DNA from: Macrostomum lignano
Lineage: Eukaryota
Length of the DNA: 64,000 nt
Assembly: GCA_002269645.1 (NCBI GenBank)
Contig: NIVC01000629.1
Coordinates: forward strand, 438,390 to 502,389
Reading direction: 5' to 3'
Numbering within the stretch: the first letter of the stretch is position 1; each line of letters opens with the position of its first letter. The translations under genes and the position numbers were made by a program. The notes beneath the pieces were generated by a model. It saw only the letters and a program-made list of their open reading frames with translations, was not told where the DNA came from and ran no database searches. Below are positions 1 to 14,268 of the stretch, piece after piece.

Positions 1-120
1 ACTGGTGCCGATCAGTGGTCTCAGGGTGCTGACGGGATTAAAGAGAGAGGGAGGGCAGGAACGGGGTGGGAGTCTACAAAGTCGGAGGTTGAGAGGTGGA
101 GAGGGAAAGGAATAGAAGGA

Positions 121-630
121 GAGTGACAGAGTGAGAGTGACAGACGATTCTGAGAAATAGAGTATAGCAGGCAGACTGTGACAGAAGAGTGACTGCGACA
201 GAGTGACTGTGACAGAGTGACTGTGACATAAGAGTGACTGTGTCATAGTGACTGTGACATAAGAGTGACTGTGTCATAGTGACTGTGACATAAGAGTGAC
301 TGTGTCATAGTGACTGTGACATAAGAGTGACTGTGTCATAGTGACTGTGACATAAGAGTGACTGTTACAGAGTGACTGTGACAGGGTGACTGTGACAAAG
401 TGACTGTGACAGAGTTACTGTGACAGAGTGACTGTGACATAAGAGTGACTGTGACAGAGTGACTGTGACAGAGTGACTGTGACAGAGTGACTGTGACAGA
501 GCGACTGTGACAGAGTGATTGTGACAGAAACGTTACTGTGACAAAGTGACTGTGACAGAGTGACTGTGACAGAGTGACTGTGTCATAGTGACTGTGACAT
601 AAGAGTGACTGTGACAGATTGACTGTGAGT
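121..630. repeat. Degenerate ~14-bp minisatellite (GTGACTGTGACAGA and variants)
   Basis: Direct tandem copies are visible. The ORFs 74-277 and 336-806 are translations of this repeat. Confidence 0.9.
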
Positions 631-967
631 TTAGAGTTTAGACCTTTGAAAAACACAATTAATTGACCTATTTCAGTGAATTCAAAAAAATTGCATAGCG
701 GCCACAATCTGGGGATGCAGAGCAAAAACTGATTCCAGCAGGTTGGAGCAGAGGCTTCGGCTGCGGGGAGAAATGCCAAATCGAATAAATTTTGCCGGGC
801 GACCACTCATGCGGAGCCCAATTTTAAGGCTGCAAAAAATCGCCGACGAAAAAAATTGCATCGTAAAAATGGGAAGAAAATAATGGCTTATGAAATCCTT
901 TCACCACCACTACCCCCACTATCCCAGAATTTCTCCGCTATTTCCGATTCACTTTCAGCAGTTCAAT

Positions 968-1426
<459 letters not shown>

Positions 1427-1427
<1 letters not shown>

Positions 1428-4400
1428 TAGATAGCGAGAAAGAGCGAGCGAAGCGAGCTCTTTCGAGCTTGCTTGCCGCAGCCAATCAAGCTGAATGCAC
1501 GCACACAAGATCACCGGAAACGATTAAGGCAGCTGGAAAGCCAATGGGCGCGGTAAGCGCTTTTATCCAGAGGAACTACCTGCTGGAACCAGCCTGCCGT
1601 TCGAAAATCAGACTACTCAAGTAGTGCAAAAGAGTGCGAGCAACTACCGAGAAATCTAATTTTCGTAACCGCTCCGGTGCAGGTCCTGGCAATAGATGGT
1701 AGATAGCGAGAAAGAGCGAGCGAAGCGAGCTCTTTCGAGCTTGCTTGCCGCAGCCAATCAAGCTGAATGCACGCACACAAGATCACCGGAAACGATTAAG
1801 GCAGCTGGAAAGCCAATGGGCGCGGTAAGCGCTTTTATCCAGAGGAACTACCTGCTGGAACCAGCCTGCCGTTCGAAAATCAGACTACTCAAGTAGTGCA
1901 AAAGAGTGCGAGCAACTACCGAGAAATCTAATTTTCGTAACCGCTCCGGTGCAGGTCCTGGCAATAGATGGTAGATAGCGAGAAAGAGCGAGCGAAGCGA
2001 GCTCTTTCGAGCTTGCTTGCCGCAGCCAATCAAGCTGAATGCACGCACACAAGATCACCGGAAACGATTAAGGCAGCTGGAAAGCCAATGGGCGCGGTAA
2101 GCGCTTTTATCCAGAGGAACTACCTGCTGGAACCAGCCTGCCGTTCGAAAATCAGACTACTCAAGTAGTGCAAAAGAGTGCGAGCAACTACCGAGAAATC
2201 TAATTTTCGTAACCGCTCCGGTGCAGGTCCTGGCAATAGATGGTAGATAGCGAGAAAGAGCGAGCGAAGCGAGCTCTTTCGAGCTTGCTTGCCGCAGCCA
2301 ATCAAGCTGAATGCACGCACACAAGATCACCGGAAACGATTAAGGCAGCTGGAAAGCCAATGGGCGCGGTAAGCGCTTTTATCCAGAGGAACTACCTGCT
2401 GGAACCAGCCTGCCGTTCGAAAATCAGACTACTCAAGTAGTGCAAAAGAGTGCGAGCAACTACCGAGAAATCTAATTTTCGTAACCGCTCCGGTGCAGGT
2501 CCTGGCAATAGATGGTAGATAGCGAGAAAGAGCGAGCGAAGCGAGCTCTTTCGAGCTTGCTTGCCGCAGCCAATCAAGCTGAATGCACGCACACAAGATC
2601 ACCGGAAACGATTAAGGCAGCTGGAAAGCCAATGGGCGCGGTAAGCGCTTTTATCCAGAGGAACTACCTGCTGGAACCAGCCTGCCGTTCGAAAATCAGA
2701 CTACTCAAGTAGTGCAAAAGAGTGCGAGCAACTACCGAGAAATCTAATTTTCGTAACCGCTCCGGTGCAGGTCCTGGCAATAGATGGTAGATAGCGAGAA
2801 AGAGCGAGCGAAGCGAGCTCTTTCGAGCTTGCTTGCCGCAGCCAATCAAGCTGAATGCACGCACACAAGATCACCGGAAACGATTAAGGCAGCTGGAAAG
2901 CCAATGGGCGCGGTAAGCGCTTTTATCCAGAGGAACTACCTGCTGGAACCAGCCTGCCGTTCGAAAATCAGACTACTCAAGTAGTGCAAAAGAGTGCGAG
3001 CAACTACCGAGAAATCTAATTTTCGTAACCGCTCCGGTGCAGGTCCTGGCAATAGATGGTAGATAGCGAGAAAGAGCGAGCGAAGCGAGCTCTTTCGAGC
3101 TTGCTTGCCGCAGCCAATCAAGCTGAATGCACGCACACAAGATCACCGGAAACGATTAAGGCAGCTGGAAAGCCAATGGGCGCGGTAAGCGCTTTTATCC
3201 AGAGGAACTACCTGCTGGAACCAGCCTGCCGTTCGAAAATCAGACTACTCAAGTAGTGCAAAAGAGTGCGAGCAACTACCGAGAAATCTAATTTTCGTAA
3301 CCGCTCCGGTGCAGGTCCTGGCAATAGATGGTAGATAGCGAGAAAGAGCGAGCGAAGCGAGCTCTTTCGAGCTTGCTTGCCGCAGCCAATCAAGCTGAAT
3401 GCACGCACACAAGATCACCGGAAACGATTAAGGCAGCTGGAAAGCCAATGGGCGCGGTAAGCGCTTTTATCCAGAGGAACTACCTGCTGGAACCAGCCTG
3501 CCGTTCGAAAATCAGACTACTCAAGTAGTGCAAAAGAGTGCGAGCAACTACCGAGAAATCTAATTTTCGTAACCGCTCCGGTGCAGGTCCTGGCAATAGA
3601 TGGTAGATAGCGAGAAAGAGCGAGCGAAGCGAGCTCTTTCGAGCTTGCTTGCCGCAGCCAATCAAGCTGAATGCACGCACACAAGATCACCGGAAACGAT
3701 TAAGGCAGCTGGAAAGCCAATGGGCGCGGTAAGCGCTTTTATCCAGAGGAACTACCTGCTGGAACCAGCCTGCCGTTCGAAAATCAGACTACTCAAGTAG
3801 TGCAAAAGAGTGCGAGCAACTACCGAGAAATCTAATTTTCGTAACCGCTCCGGTGCAGGTCCTGGCAATAGATGGTAGATAGCGAGAAAGAGCGAGCGAA
3901 GCGAGCTCTTTCGAGCTTGCTTGCCGCAGCCAATCAAGCTGAATGCACGCACACAAGATCACCGGAAACGATTAAGGCAGCTGGAAAGCCAATGGGCGCG
4001 GTAAGCGCTTTTATCCAGAGGAACTACCTGCTGGAACCAGCCTGCCGTTCGAAAATCAGACTACTCAAGTAGTGCAAAAGAGTGCGAGCAACTACCGAGA
4101 AATCTAATTTTCGTAACCGCTCCGGTGCAGGTCCTGGCAATAGATGGTAGATAGCGAGAAAGAGCGAGCGAAGCGAGCTCTTTCGAGCTTGCTTGCCGCA
4201 GCCAATCAAGCTGAATGCACGCACACAAGATCACCGGAAACGATTAAGGCAGCTGGAAAGCCAATGGGCGCGGTAAGCGCTTTTATCCAGAGGAACTACC
4301 TGCTGGAACCAGCCTGCCGTTCGAAAATCAGACTACTCAAGTAGTGCAAAAGAGTGCGAGCAACTACCGAGAAATCTAATTTTCGTAACCGCTCCGGTGC

Positions 4401-5648
4401 AGGTCCTGGCAATAGATGGTAGATAGCGAGAAAGAGCGAGCGAAGCGAGCTCTTTCGAGCTTGCTTGCCGCAGCCAATCAAGCTGAATGCACGCACACAA
4501 GATCACCGGAAACGATTAAGGCAGCTGGAAAGCCAATGGGCGCGGTAAGCGCTTTTATCCAGAGGAACTACCTGCTGGAACCAGCCTGCCGTTCGAAAAT
4601 CAGACTACTCAAGTAGTGCAAAAGAGTGCGAGCAACTACCGAGAAATCTAATTTTCGTAACCGCTCCGGTGCAGGTCCTGGCAATAGATGGTAGATAGCG
4701 AGAAAGAGCGAGCGAAGCGAGCTCTTTCGAGCTTGCTTGCCGCAGCCAATCAAGCTGAATGCACGCACACAAGATCACCGGAAACGATTAAGGCAGCTGG
4801 AAAGCCAATGGGCGCGGTAAGCGCTTTTATCCAGAGGAACTACCTGCTGGAACCAGCCTGCCGTTCGAAAATCAGACTACTCAAGTAGTGCAAAAGAGTG
4901 CGAGCAACTACCGAGAAATCTAATTTTCGTAACCGCTCCGGTGCAGGTCCTGGCAATAGATGGTAGATAGCGAGAAAGAGCGAGCGAAGCGAGCTCTTTC
5001 GAGCTTGCTTGCCGCAGCCAATCAAGCTGAATGCACGCACACAAGATCACCGGAAACGATTAAGGCAGCTGGAAAGCCAATGGGCGCGGTAAGCGCTTTT
5101 ATCCAGAGGAACTACCTGCTGGAACCAGCCTGCCGTTCGAAAATCAGACTACTCAAGTAGTGCAAAAGAGTGCGAGCAACTACCGAGAAATCTAATTTTC
5201 GTAACCGCTCCGGTGCAGGTCCTGGCAATAGATGGTAGATAGCGAGAAAGAGCGAGCGAAGCGAGCTCTTTCGAGCTTGCTTGCCGCAGCCAATCAAGCT
5301 GAATGCACGCACACAAGATCACCGGAAACGATTAAGGCAGCTGGAAAGCCAATGGGCGCGGTAAGCGCTTTTATCCAGAGGAACTACCTGCTGGAACCAG
5401 CCTGCCGTTCGAAAATCAGACTACTCAAGTAGTGCAAAAGAGTGCGAGCAACTACCGAGAAATCTAATTTTCGTAACCGCTCCGGTGCAGGTCCTGGCAA
5501 TAGATGGTAGATAGCGAGAAAGAGCGAGCGAAGCGAGCTCTTTCGAGCTTGCTTGCCGCAGCCAATCAAGCTGAATGCACGCACACAAGATCACCGGAAA
5601 CGATTAAGGCAGCTGGAAAGCCAATGGGCGCGGTAAGCGCTTTTATCC
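1427..5648. repeat. 272-bp tandem array, ~15.5 apparently identical copies
   Basis: Identical 66-aa ORFs recur every 272 bp (1696, 1968, 2240...). No unit variation was seen by eye. The last copy is truncated after GCGCTTTTATCC. Confidence 0.98.
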
Positions 5649-7535
<1,887 letters not shown>

Positions 7536-8006
7536 CAGTGCGGAACGTGCACAGCATGCAAGAGGCGAGAGGAGAGTGAGGAAGAGAGAGGCGAGGAAGG
7601 CCGAATTTCGGGTGCCTGCCGGATTCGCAATTAAGCACTCGGCCTTTCGTTCCGGGGTAGAGCTACTCGTATTCGCTTAGCAGTGCTAAGAGATAGCGCT
7701 AACGTCTGAAGCAGAAAAGAGAAAACTTAGGAGATCGGAATTGAATCAATCGGACGCTCAAGGCCTGGGCGGGGTCCGCCTTCGCTGCCCTGGCATCGAG
7801 TGGGCGGTGCGACGGCAGTGGCAGGGGGACGAAACGGAGACGATGGCAAACAGAGCCGAAATCAAAAGAGAGGCTAAATGACAAAACAAAAAATTGAAGC
7901 TCTGCTATCCGGCAAGCCCTAGGAGTAATATTCTAGCTCGTACGAGTATGCCTGCATTGGATTTGGAAACTGGGAGGGGTAAACGTCCTTCCAAATTGGT
8001 CTAGAG

Positions 8007-8635
8007 ATGACAGGTAGAGGGAGGGAATGGCTTATCAAAGCAGGTAGAGAGGGGGGGACTGGCTTATCAAAGCAGGTAGAGAGGGAGGGACTGGCTTATC
8101 AAAGCAGGTAGAGAGGGGGGACTGGCTTGTCAAGCAGGTAGAGAGAGAGACTGGCTTATCAAAGACAGGTAGAGAGGGACTGGCTTATCAAAGACAGGTA
8201 GAGAGGGGGACTGGCTTATCAAAGCAGGTAGAGAGGGGGGAATGGCTTATCAAAGCAAGTAGAGAGGGGGGACTGGCTTATCAAAGCAGGTAGAGAGGGA
8301 CTGGCTTATCAAAGCAGGTAGAGAGGGGGGCACTGGCTTATCAAAGCAGGTAGAGAGGGACTGGCTTATCAAAGCAGGTAGAGAGGGGGGACTGGCTTAT
8401 CAAAGCAGGTAGAGAGAGAGAGAGAGAGAGACTGGCTTATCAAAGACAGGTAGAGAGGGGGACTGGCTTATCAAAGACAGGTAGAGAGGGGGACTGGCTT
8501 ATCAAAGCAGGTAGAGAGGGGGACTGGCTTATCAAAGCAGGTAGAGAGGGGGGCAATGGCTTATCAAAGCAGGTAGAGAGGGGGACTGGCTTATCAAAGC
8601 AGGTAGGGAGGGGGGGGACTGGCTTATCAAATACA
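8007..8635. repeat. ~30-bp minisatellite (GGACTGGCTTATCAAAGCAGGTAGAGAGGG)
   Basis: About 20 tandem copies with a variable G/GA linker. Confidence 0.93.
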
Positions 8636-9557
8636 GGGGCTCTATCTCCAGGGTCCAAAGCAGTACACTTTGGCTAAAAAAATTATTTCAACCTGCAGCC
8701 ATTCCCTTTTCTGCCCAATGACCCAGTGAGTGCGGTACTCACCTGCCATTTCTCATTAGTCTTGTACGTCTGTATGACCGCCTTACATGGGTTGCTACTA
8801 TGGAAGCCCTAATACCTCTCGCCAGTCCTCATCTGCTCATATATCATTGATTCTCAAACTCGGACACTCAAAGAAACTGAGCTGCCCGTGTGTCCGAATC
8901 GATATTCGAGACCCAAATGAGGCCAGTATGGGTGGGCGGTAGCATTTGGCTAAGGCTGGGCGTGACCACGGGGTTTCCTTCCCTATTACTCATCCCCATC
9001 CGCCCAGTGGTATTATGCACACCGCAGGGCCGCCTCGCTGTGAGATTTCGTCTCTTTGTACATCGCGTGTTTCTACTTCTCTACACGGATGGGAACAAAG
9101 AAATTTTGCAGCATAGATCAAAGAAAGAGAGAGTGGAGAAGCAAATCAAAAAGGCTAAAGTAGTTAATAAAATGTGAGAAAATTAAAAGACTTTTCGTAA
9201 AATTCTATTCAATACTCGCGCCTGCTTTCATTAACCTTTAACTTCAAAGCTTGCGAACTAACCGCCGCCAAGTCTGCTTAACTTGCGGTTGCTTTCTGTA
9301 ATTGGTTTAATTAGTTAAGACCTCCACCGCCATCTTCTTGACGCCGGTAATAATGCCGATGTCGCCAGTCCAGGTTTTATTGCAGATGAAACAAAAAGGC
9401 ATAGCATAGTACAAATTGAGATTATACGCGTGTACGAGCTAGTTCAAAAGGCCTTGACAATCGTACTGGCAGTAGTGTATAACGCATTTTTTGTGCATTT
9501 TTTTGCTTGTAATAGACCAAGCAACTCAAGTCAGAGGCCAATCACTCTTCAGAGACC

Positions 9558-10470
9558 AAAGACTGTCGCCCTCACGGTCCCAGAAGACGGTGGCGTCCAG
9601 GAAGTTGACCTCTGTGCTGCTGTACTCGTAGCTCAATTGAAGCCGGATGTTCGGGTCGAGGGTTCCAGATGTTGGTGGTACTGGACCAGCTCCGCATCTG
9701 TTCCCGCCACACTCCAAAGACGTCGTCGATGTAGCTGAGCCACAGGCTGGGCTTCTGCGGGCTGGTCTCCAGGCCTCTCTGCTCCCAGTAGCCCATGTAG
9801 ATGTTACTGTAGCTGGACGCGAACGACTTCCCCATGGCAGTGCCTTTCACCTGCAGGAAGTATCCGCCGTCGAACTCGAAGTTTTTGCGCTCCGCTCCCT
9901 AAACGCCCTCCTAACGCACTCGAGACTGGCCTCCGTCGGGATGTTGGTGTTCAGGCTAGTGACGTCCATGGTGAACAGAAAGGTCTCCTCTTATGCTGGA
10001 CAGGCGATCCAGCGGATGCAGGATGCTGTCGATTAATCGGCCACTGGCGTAGGACTCGCTGTCGACATCAGACACGATGGGCCAACCCGGGGGAATATCA
10101 CCGAGCGGCCACGACTCGACGGGCTTGTGGATCTTCGGAAGGATGTAGAAGTGCATCGTGCGGAACTCGCTCTTCGGGCTGAATGCGATGACTAGCAATG
10201 GTCGATGATTCTGCGGTCCAGCAGCGACTTGAAGACAGCGCGAATCATCTGGACTGTGAAGCGGTTGGTCGGCGCGTTCAGGGGCAGGTAGAATAGCGGG
10301 TCCTCTAGCTGACGCAGGCACTCGTGAACATAGTCCTGCCGGTCCAGAATGACCAGCTGGCTGCCCTTGTCGGCCGGTTTGATGACGATTTACTTGTCCG
10401 CCCGGAGGTCTCGCAGGGCCTTCGCCTCCGCCCCGCTGATGTTCGGAGCGTTCCTGCAGTCTTCAGAGAT
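9558..10470 (-). mobile_element. Degenerate Penelope-like retroelement, reverse-transcriptase fragment
   Basis: Minus-strand frames give, in order: NISGAEAKALRDL, IVIKPADKGSQLVILDRQDY, FYILPKIHK, PIVS, FTMDVTSLNTNIP, NFEFDGGYFLQVKGTAMG, YSNIYM, WLSYIDDVF, VNFLD. This is the typical Penelope RT motif order. There are in-frame stops, frameshifts and internal deletions, and no GIY-YIG endonuclease is visible. Confidence 0.9.
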
Positions 10471-10482
10471 AAGTACGAGCTA

Positions 10483-10925
10483 GTTAAGTCAGAGGCCAAT
10501 CACTCTTCAGAAACCAAGCAGTTTAAGTCAGAGTCAATCACTCTTCAGAAACCAAGCAGTTTAAGTCAGAGGCCAATCACTCTTCAGAAACCAAGCAGTT
10601 TAAGTCAGAGGCCAATCACTCTTCAGAAACCAAGCAGTTAAAGTCAGAGGTCAATACCTCTTCAGAGACCAGTTTAAGTCAGAAGTCAGTCACTCTTCAG
10701 AGACCAGTTTAAGTCAGAGGTCAATCACTATTCAGAGACCAGTTTAAGTCAGAAGTCAGTCACTCTTCAGAGACCAGTTTAAGTCAGAGGTCAATCACTA
10801 TTCAGAGACCAGTTTAAGTCAGAAGTCAGTCACTCTTCAGAGACCAGTTTAAGTCAGAGGTCAATCACTCTTCAGAGACCAGTTTAAGTCAGAAGTCAGT
10901 CACTCTTCAGAGAACAAGCAGTTTA
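10483..10925. repeat. 39/35-bp minisatellite (AGTTTAAGTCAGAGGCCAATCACTCTTCAGAAACCAAGC); one more unit at ~9516-9557
   Basis: Tandem copies. From 10671 two 35-bp variants alternate. Confidence 0.92.
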
Positions 10926-11441
10926 CGAGTGTAAACCTGAAACCAGAGTGTTTACAGCACTTGAATGTAATTCACTCTGTCTGTCCGTCAAATGGCTGTG
11001 GGCTCTCTACATGTACACCCACATAGGCAGCAAACTTTCAGCTAAAGTTATGCGCTTAGACGTCAGAAGCGTACAAAAATCTAGTCGAGAAAATTTATTC
11101 GCTACACATCGTGTCAACACTGAGGCACTGCTCTGAGAAGAGAGAGAGAGAGAATCTTAAACTGCTGCAGTAGATCAAGCCCAAAGCAGTCTCTAATCTC
11201 TCTGAACAGTTTGCTCGCAGTGCAAATGATACAGACCAGCTTATGGCCCAATCAGCCGAAACGAGCCTCCAACTCTAAACCCGACACCCGATAAAATGGA
11301 CTGCGAGCTCCAGGGGTTCCAGTTTTTGCGCCAGCCCGTCTGTTGACCCCCGCTTACTTATTTTGACTTATCAAACAGGGGCGATCAACTAGAAGAAGCA
11401 GCTTATAGCAGAGAATAGATTTAGGCAAAGCAAAGTGCAAA

Positions 11442-11792
11442 ATGACTCTCAGGCTGCTGGCTTTGTTGCTGGCTCTGCTTCCGTTCAGCTCTGAGGCTGC
11501 CGGGCGGCCATGGGTCATTGCCCATCGAGGTTCCAGCGGCGACTATCCAGGACTCACCATGTTGGCCTTCACCAAAGCTGCGGAGGAGGGTGCCGACATG
11601 CTGGAGTTGGACACCGCTGTCACCAAGGACCACCAAGTGATTGTGCTGCACGAACCGGACCTATCGCCGACTACTAACGTCAAGGATGTGCCAGAGTTTG
11701 CTGGCCGATTGAAAACCGATACGATTTTCTCCGACGACAACTATACTAAAAATGTGACAGACTATTTCACCTGGGACTTCAGCTTGGATGAG
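11442..11792 (+). CDS. Glycerophosphodiester phosphodiesterase (GlpQ-type GDPD), exon 1
   Basis: Signal peptide MTLRLLALLLALLPFSSEA, then VIAHRG, ELD, VLH and TTNV..PEFA.R. Phase-0 donor GAG|GTACAG at 11792/11793. Confidence 0.9.
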
Positions 11793-11825
11793 GTACAGAT
11801 TGTGCGGTTGGACGTCTGTGCTCTC

Positions 11826-12852
11826 TAAGTGTCTGGAGTGGTAGCTCAACCAAGTTTCAGGAGGAAGTGGTAGCTCAACCAAGTGTCAGGAGGGAGTGGT
11901 AGCTCAACCAAGTGTCAGGAGGGAGTGGTAGCTCAGCCAAGTGTCTGGGGGGAGTGGTAGCTCAACCAAGTGTCTGGAGTGGTAGCTCAACCAAGTGTCT
12001 GGAGGGAGTGGTAGCTCAACCAAGTGTCTGGAGGGAGTGGTAGCTCAACCAAGTGTCTGGAGGGAGCGGTAGCTCAACCAAGTGTCTGGAGTGGTAGCTC
12101 AACCAAGTGTCTGGAGGGAGTGGTAGCTCAACCAAGTGTCTGGAGGGAGTGGTAGCTCAACCAAGTGTCTGGAGGGAGTGGTAGCTCAACCAAGTGTCTG
12201 GAGGAAGTGGTAGCTCAGCCAAGTGTCTGGAGTGGTAGCTCAACCAAGTGTCAGGAGGGAGTGGTAGCTCAGCCAAGTGTCTGGAGTGGTAGCTCAACCA
12301 AGTGTCAGGAGGGAGTGGTAGCTCAGCCAAGTGTCTGGAGTGGTAGCTCAACCAAGTGTCTGGAGGGAGTGGTAGCTCAACCAAGTGTCTGGAGGGAGTG
12401 GTAGCTCAACCAAGTGTCTGGAGGGAGTGGTAGCTCAACCAAGTGTCTGGAGGAAGTGGTGGCTCAACCAAGTGTCTGGAGGGAGTGGTAGCTCAACCAA
12501 GTGTCAGGAGGGAGTGGTAGCTCAACCAAGTGTCTGGAGGAAGTGGTAGCTCAACCAAGTGTTTGGAGGGAGTGGTAGCTCAACCAAGTGTCTGGAGGGA
12601 GTGGTAGCTCAACCAAGTGTCTGGAGGGAGTGGTAGCTCAACCAAGTGTCTGGAGGAAGTGGTAGCTCAACCAAGTGTCTGGAGGGAGTGGTAGCTCAAC
12701 CAAGTGTCTGGAGGGAGTGGTAGCTCAACAAAGTGTCAGGGGGGAGTGGTAGCTCAACCAAGTGTCAGGAGGGAGCGGTAGCTCAACAAAGTGTCAGGGG
12801 GGAGTGGTAGCTCAACCAAGTTTCAGGAGGGAGCGGTAGCTCAACCAAGTGT
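11826..12852. repeat. 29-bp (25-bp variant) intronic minisatellite GAGGGAGTGGTAGCTCAACCAAGTGTCTG
   Basis: About 36 tandem copies fill nearly all of GDPD intron 1. Confidence 0.95.
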
Positions 12853-12883
12853 TTAAAAAATCTGAAAATCCACCGCTCCCTAG

Positions 12884-13417
12884 ATTAAGAAGCTTCGCAA
12901 GCACCAGCGAATAAGCTTTCGGGACTCCAGCTTCGACGGCAAAGAGCAGGTGCCGAGCCTTCGCGAAGCGATCCAGCTGGTGAAGCGCCTGGACTCGGAG
13001 AGACAGCCCGATCAGAGACGGGTAGCGTTGCTCATCGAGGTGAAACTATGTCGCTACTTCACAGCTCGAACAAATCGCAGCAAGGAGGAGCTGATCGCGG
13101 CGGATCTGACTGCCGAGGGAGTGGATAACAGGCCGGACATCATCCACCTGCAGACATTCGAGCTGCAGTGCGCTGCCGAGCTCAAGCGTCTCCTACCAAA
13201 CCTGCCGGTCTACAAGCTCGAGGAGTCTGCTGGCATCAGCGACGAGAAGCTCACTCAGTGGAGACGCGACCTCAAGCTGGACGGCATCGGTGTGCACAAG
13301 GCGATGGTTGCTGGCGGTTCCGCGAACCCAGCTAGCCCGGAATTCACCTACAAGTACCGCGTGACCGGACCGACCGACCTGGTGCAGCGGGCTAAGCGGC
13401 AGGGCGAGAATTTCAAG
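12884..13417 (+). CDS. GDPD exon 2
   Basis: Acceptor CCCTAG|ATT. The exon gives IKKLR...VPSLREAI...LLIEVK...LQTFE...LDGIG. Phase-0 donor AAG|GTAATC. Length 534 nt keeps the frame. Confidence 0.88.
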
Positions 13418-14268
13418 GTAATCACCGCACTGGCTGCTCGTTAAGTCTTTCGAATTCCTCAACCGGTGATGTCAAACTCAATAGCCCATACTCGCCTCTG
13501 ATGACTACACAAAGCGTACATGACAGAGTGTGCCTGATTGTGCAGTGTCGCTTTATTATCTATCTTTATTTCGAGGCGACAGTCGACCCGCAGACATTGA
13601 GTAGGCAATTCAGTTGACCCTGAGCATTTACAGAAACGCAGGCTCATGCTCCCATCAGGGTATACAGAGGCCGCCCTGACTTCTCTATCATCAGGCGTGT
13701 ACACTAATGTACACTCTCATCCGGCATGCCTTTCGCCATTGGCACCACGACTAGGTTTGACACCCAAATCAATTGATTTCTCCACTCGTGCTTGCGGCGC
13801 CAAATGTAGTGAGCGAGAGACCAGCGGCCAGGCTCAGTCCAAGAAAAACAGTCAAACCCTCACACGAAGGGTGGAGATACTTTTATATCTAAACAAGAAC
13901 ACATGTACGACATGGGAGCACGAACCCGCAGACGAATTGCCCGCCGAGGTTTGCCCTCAATGCTTTTCTTCATACAGGGCATTTAGCCACAGATATGAAA
14001 CATCTGTGAGCACACAGATGAATAGCTCACAGATGTACCCCTGTATGCTTATAGATATCAAAGCCTACAATAAGAATATGCATTTGATATGCAGTTACTA
14101 ACAAAACGTTTTGATCGGGTAAATCTTTTATTAATCTCATGGACCCTATGTGCATATAGAATCAGAGCATTATTTTACCCCCAATCACTCACTTGTAGTA
14201 CGAGTGAGTACTGTCACTTTAAAACGACTAGCTCAACTACCCCCTCCCGTGTAATTCCCCACTCCCAG

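Noticed and set aside
1576-5584. Repeated 66-aa ORFs on both strands
   Set aside because: They are a by-product of the 272-bp unit, show no recognisable domain, and the unit length is not a multiple of 3.
1427-5648. Hammerhead retrozyme, 5S rRNA, SL RNA or CRISPR interpretation of the array
   Set aside because: No CUGANGA...GAAA core was found on either strand, nothing resembles 5S or tRNA, and there are no unique spacers.
7770-7840. GGACGAAAC with an upstream stem, resembling a hammerhead 3' end
   Set aside because: The CUGANGA half of the core is missing.
9310-9430. Minus-strand open stretch ...CNKTWTGDIGIITGVKKMAVEVLTN*
   Set aside because: No clear acceptor, start or recognisable family.
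11826-12852. Minisatellite TAGCTCAA resembling a tRNA A box
   Set aside because: Only about 8 nt match; no B box or cloverleaf.
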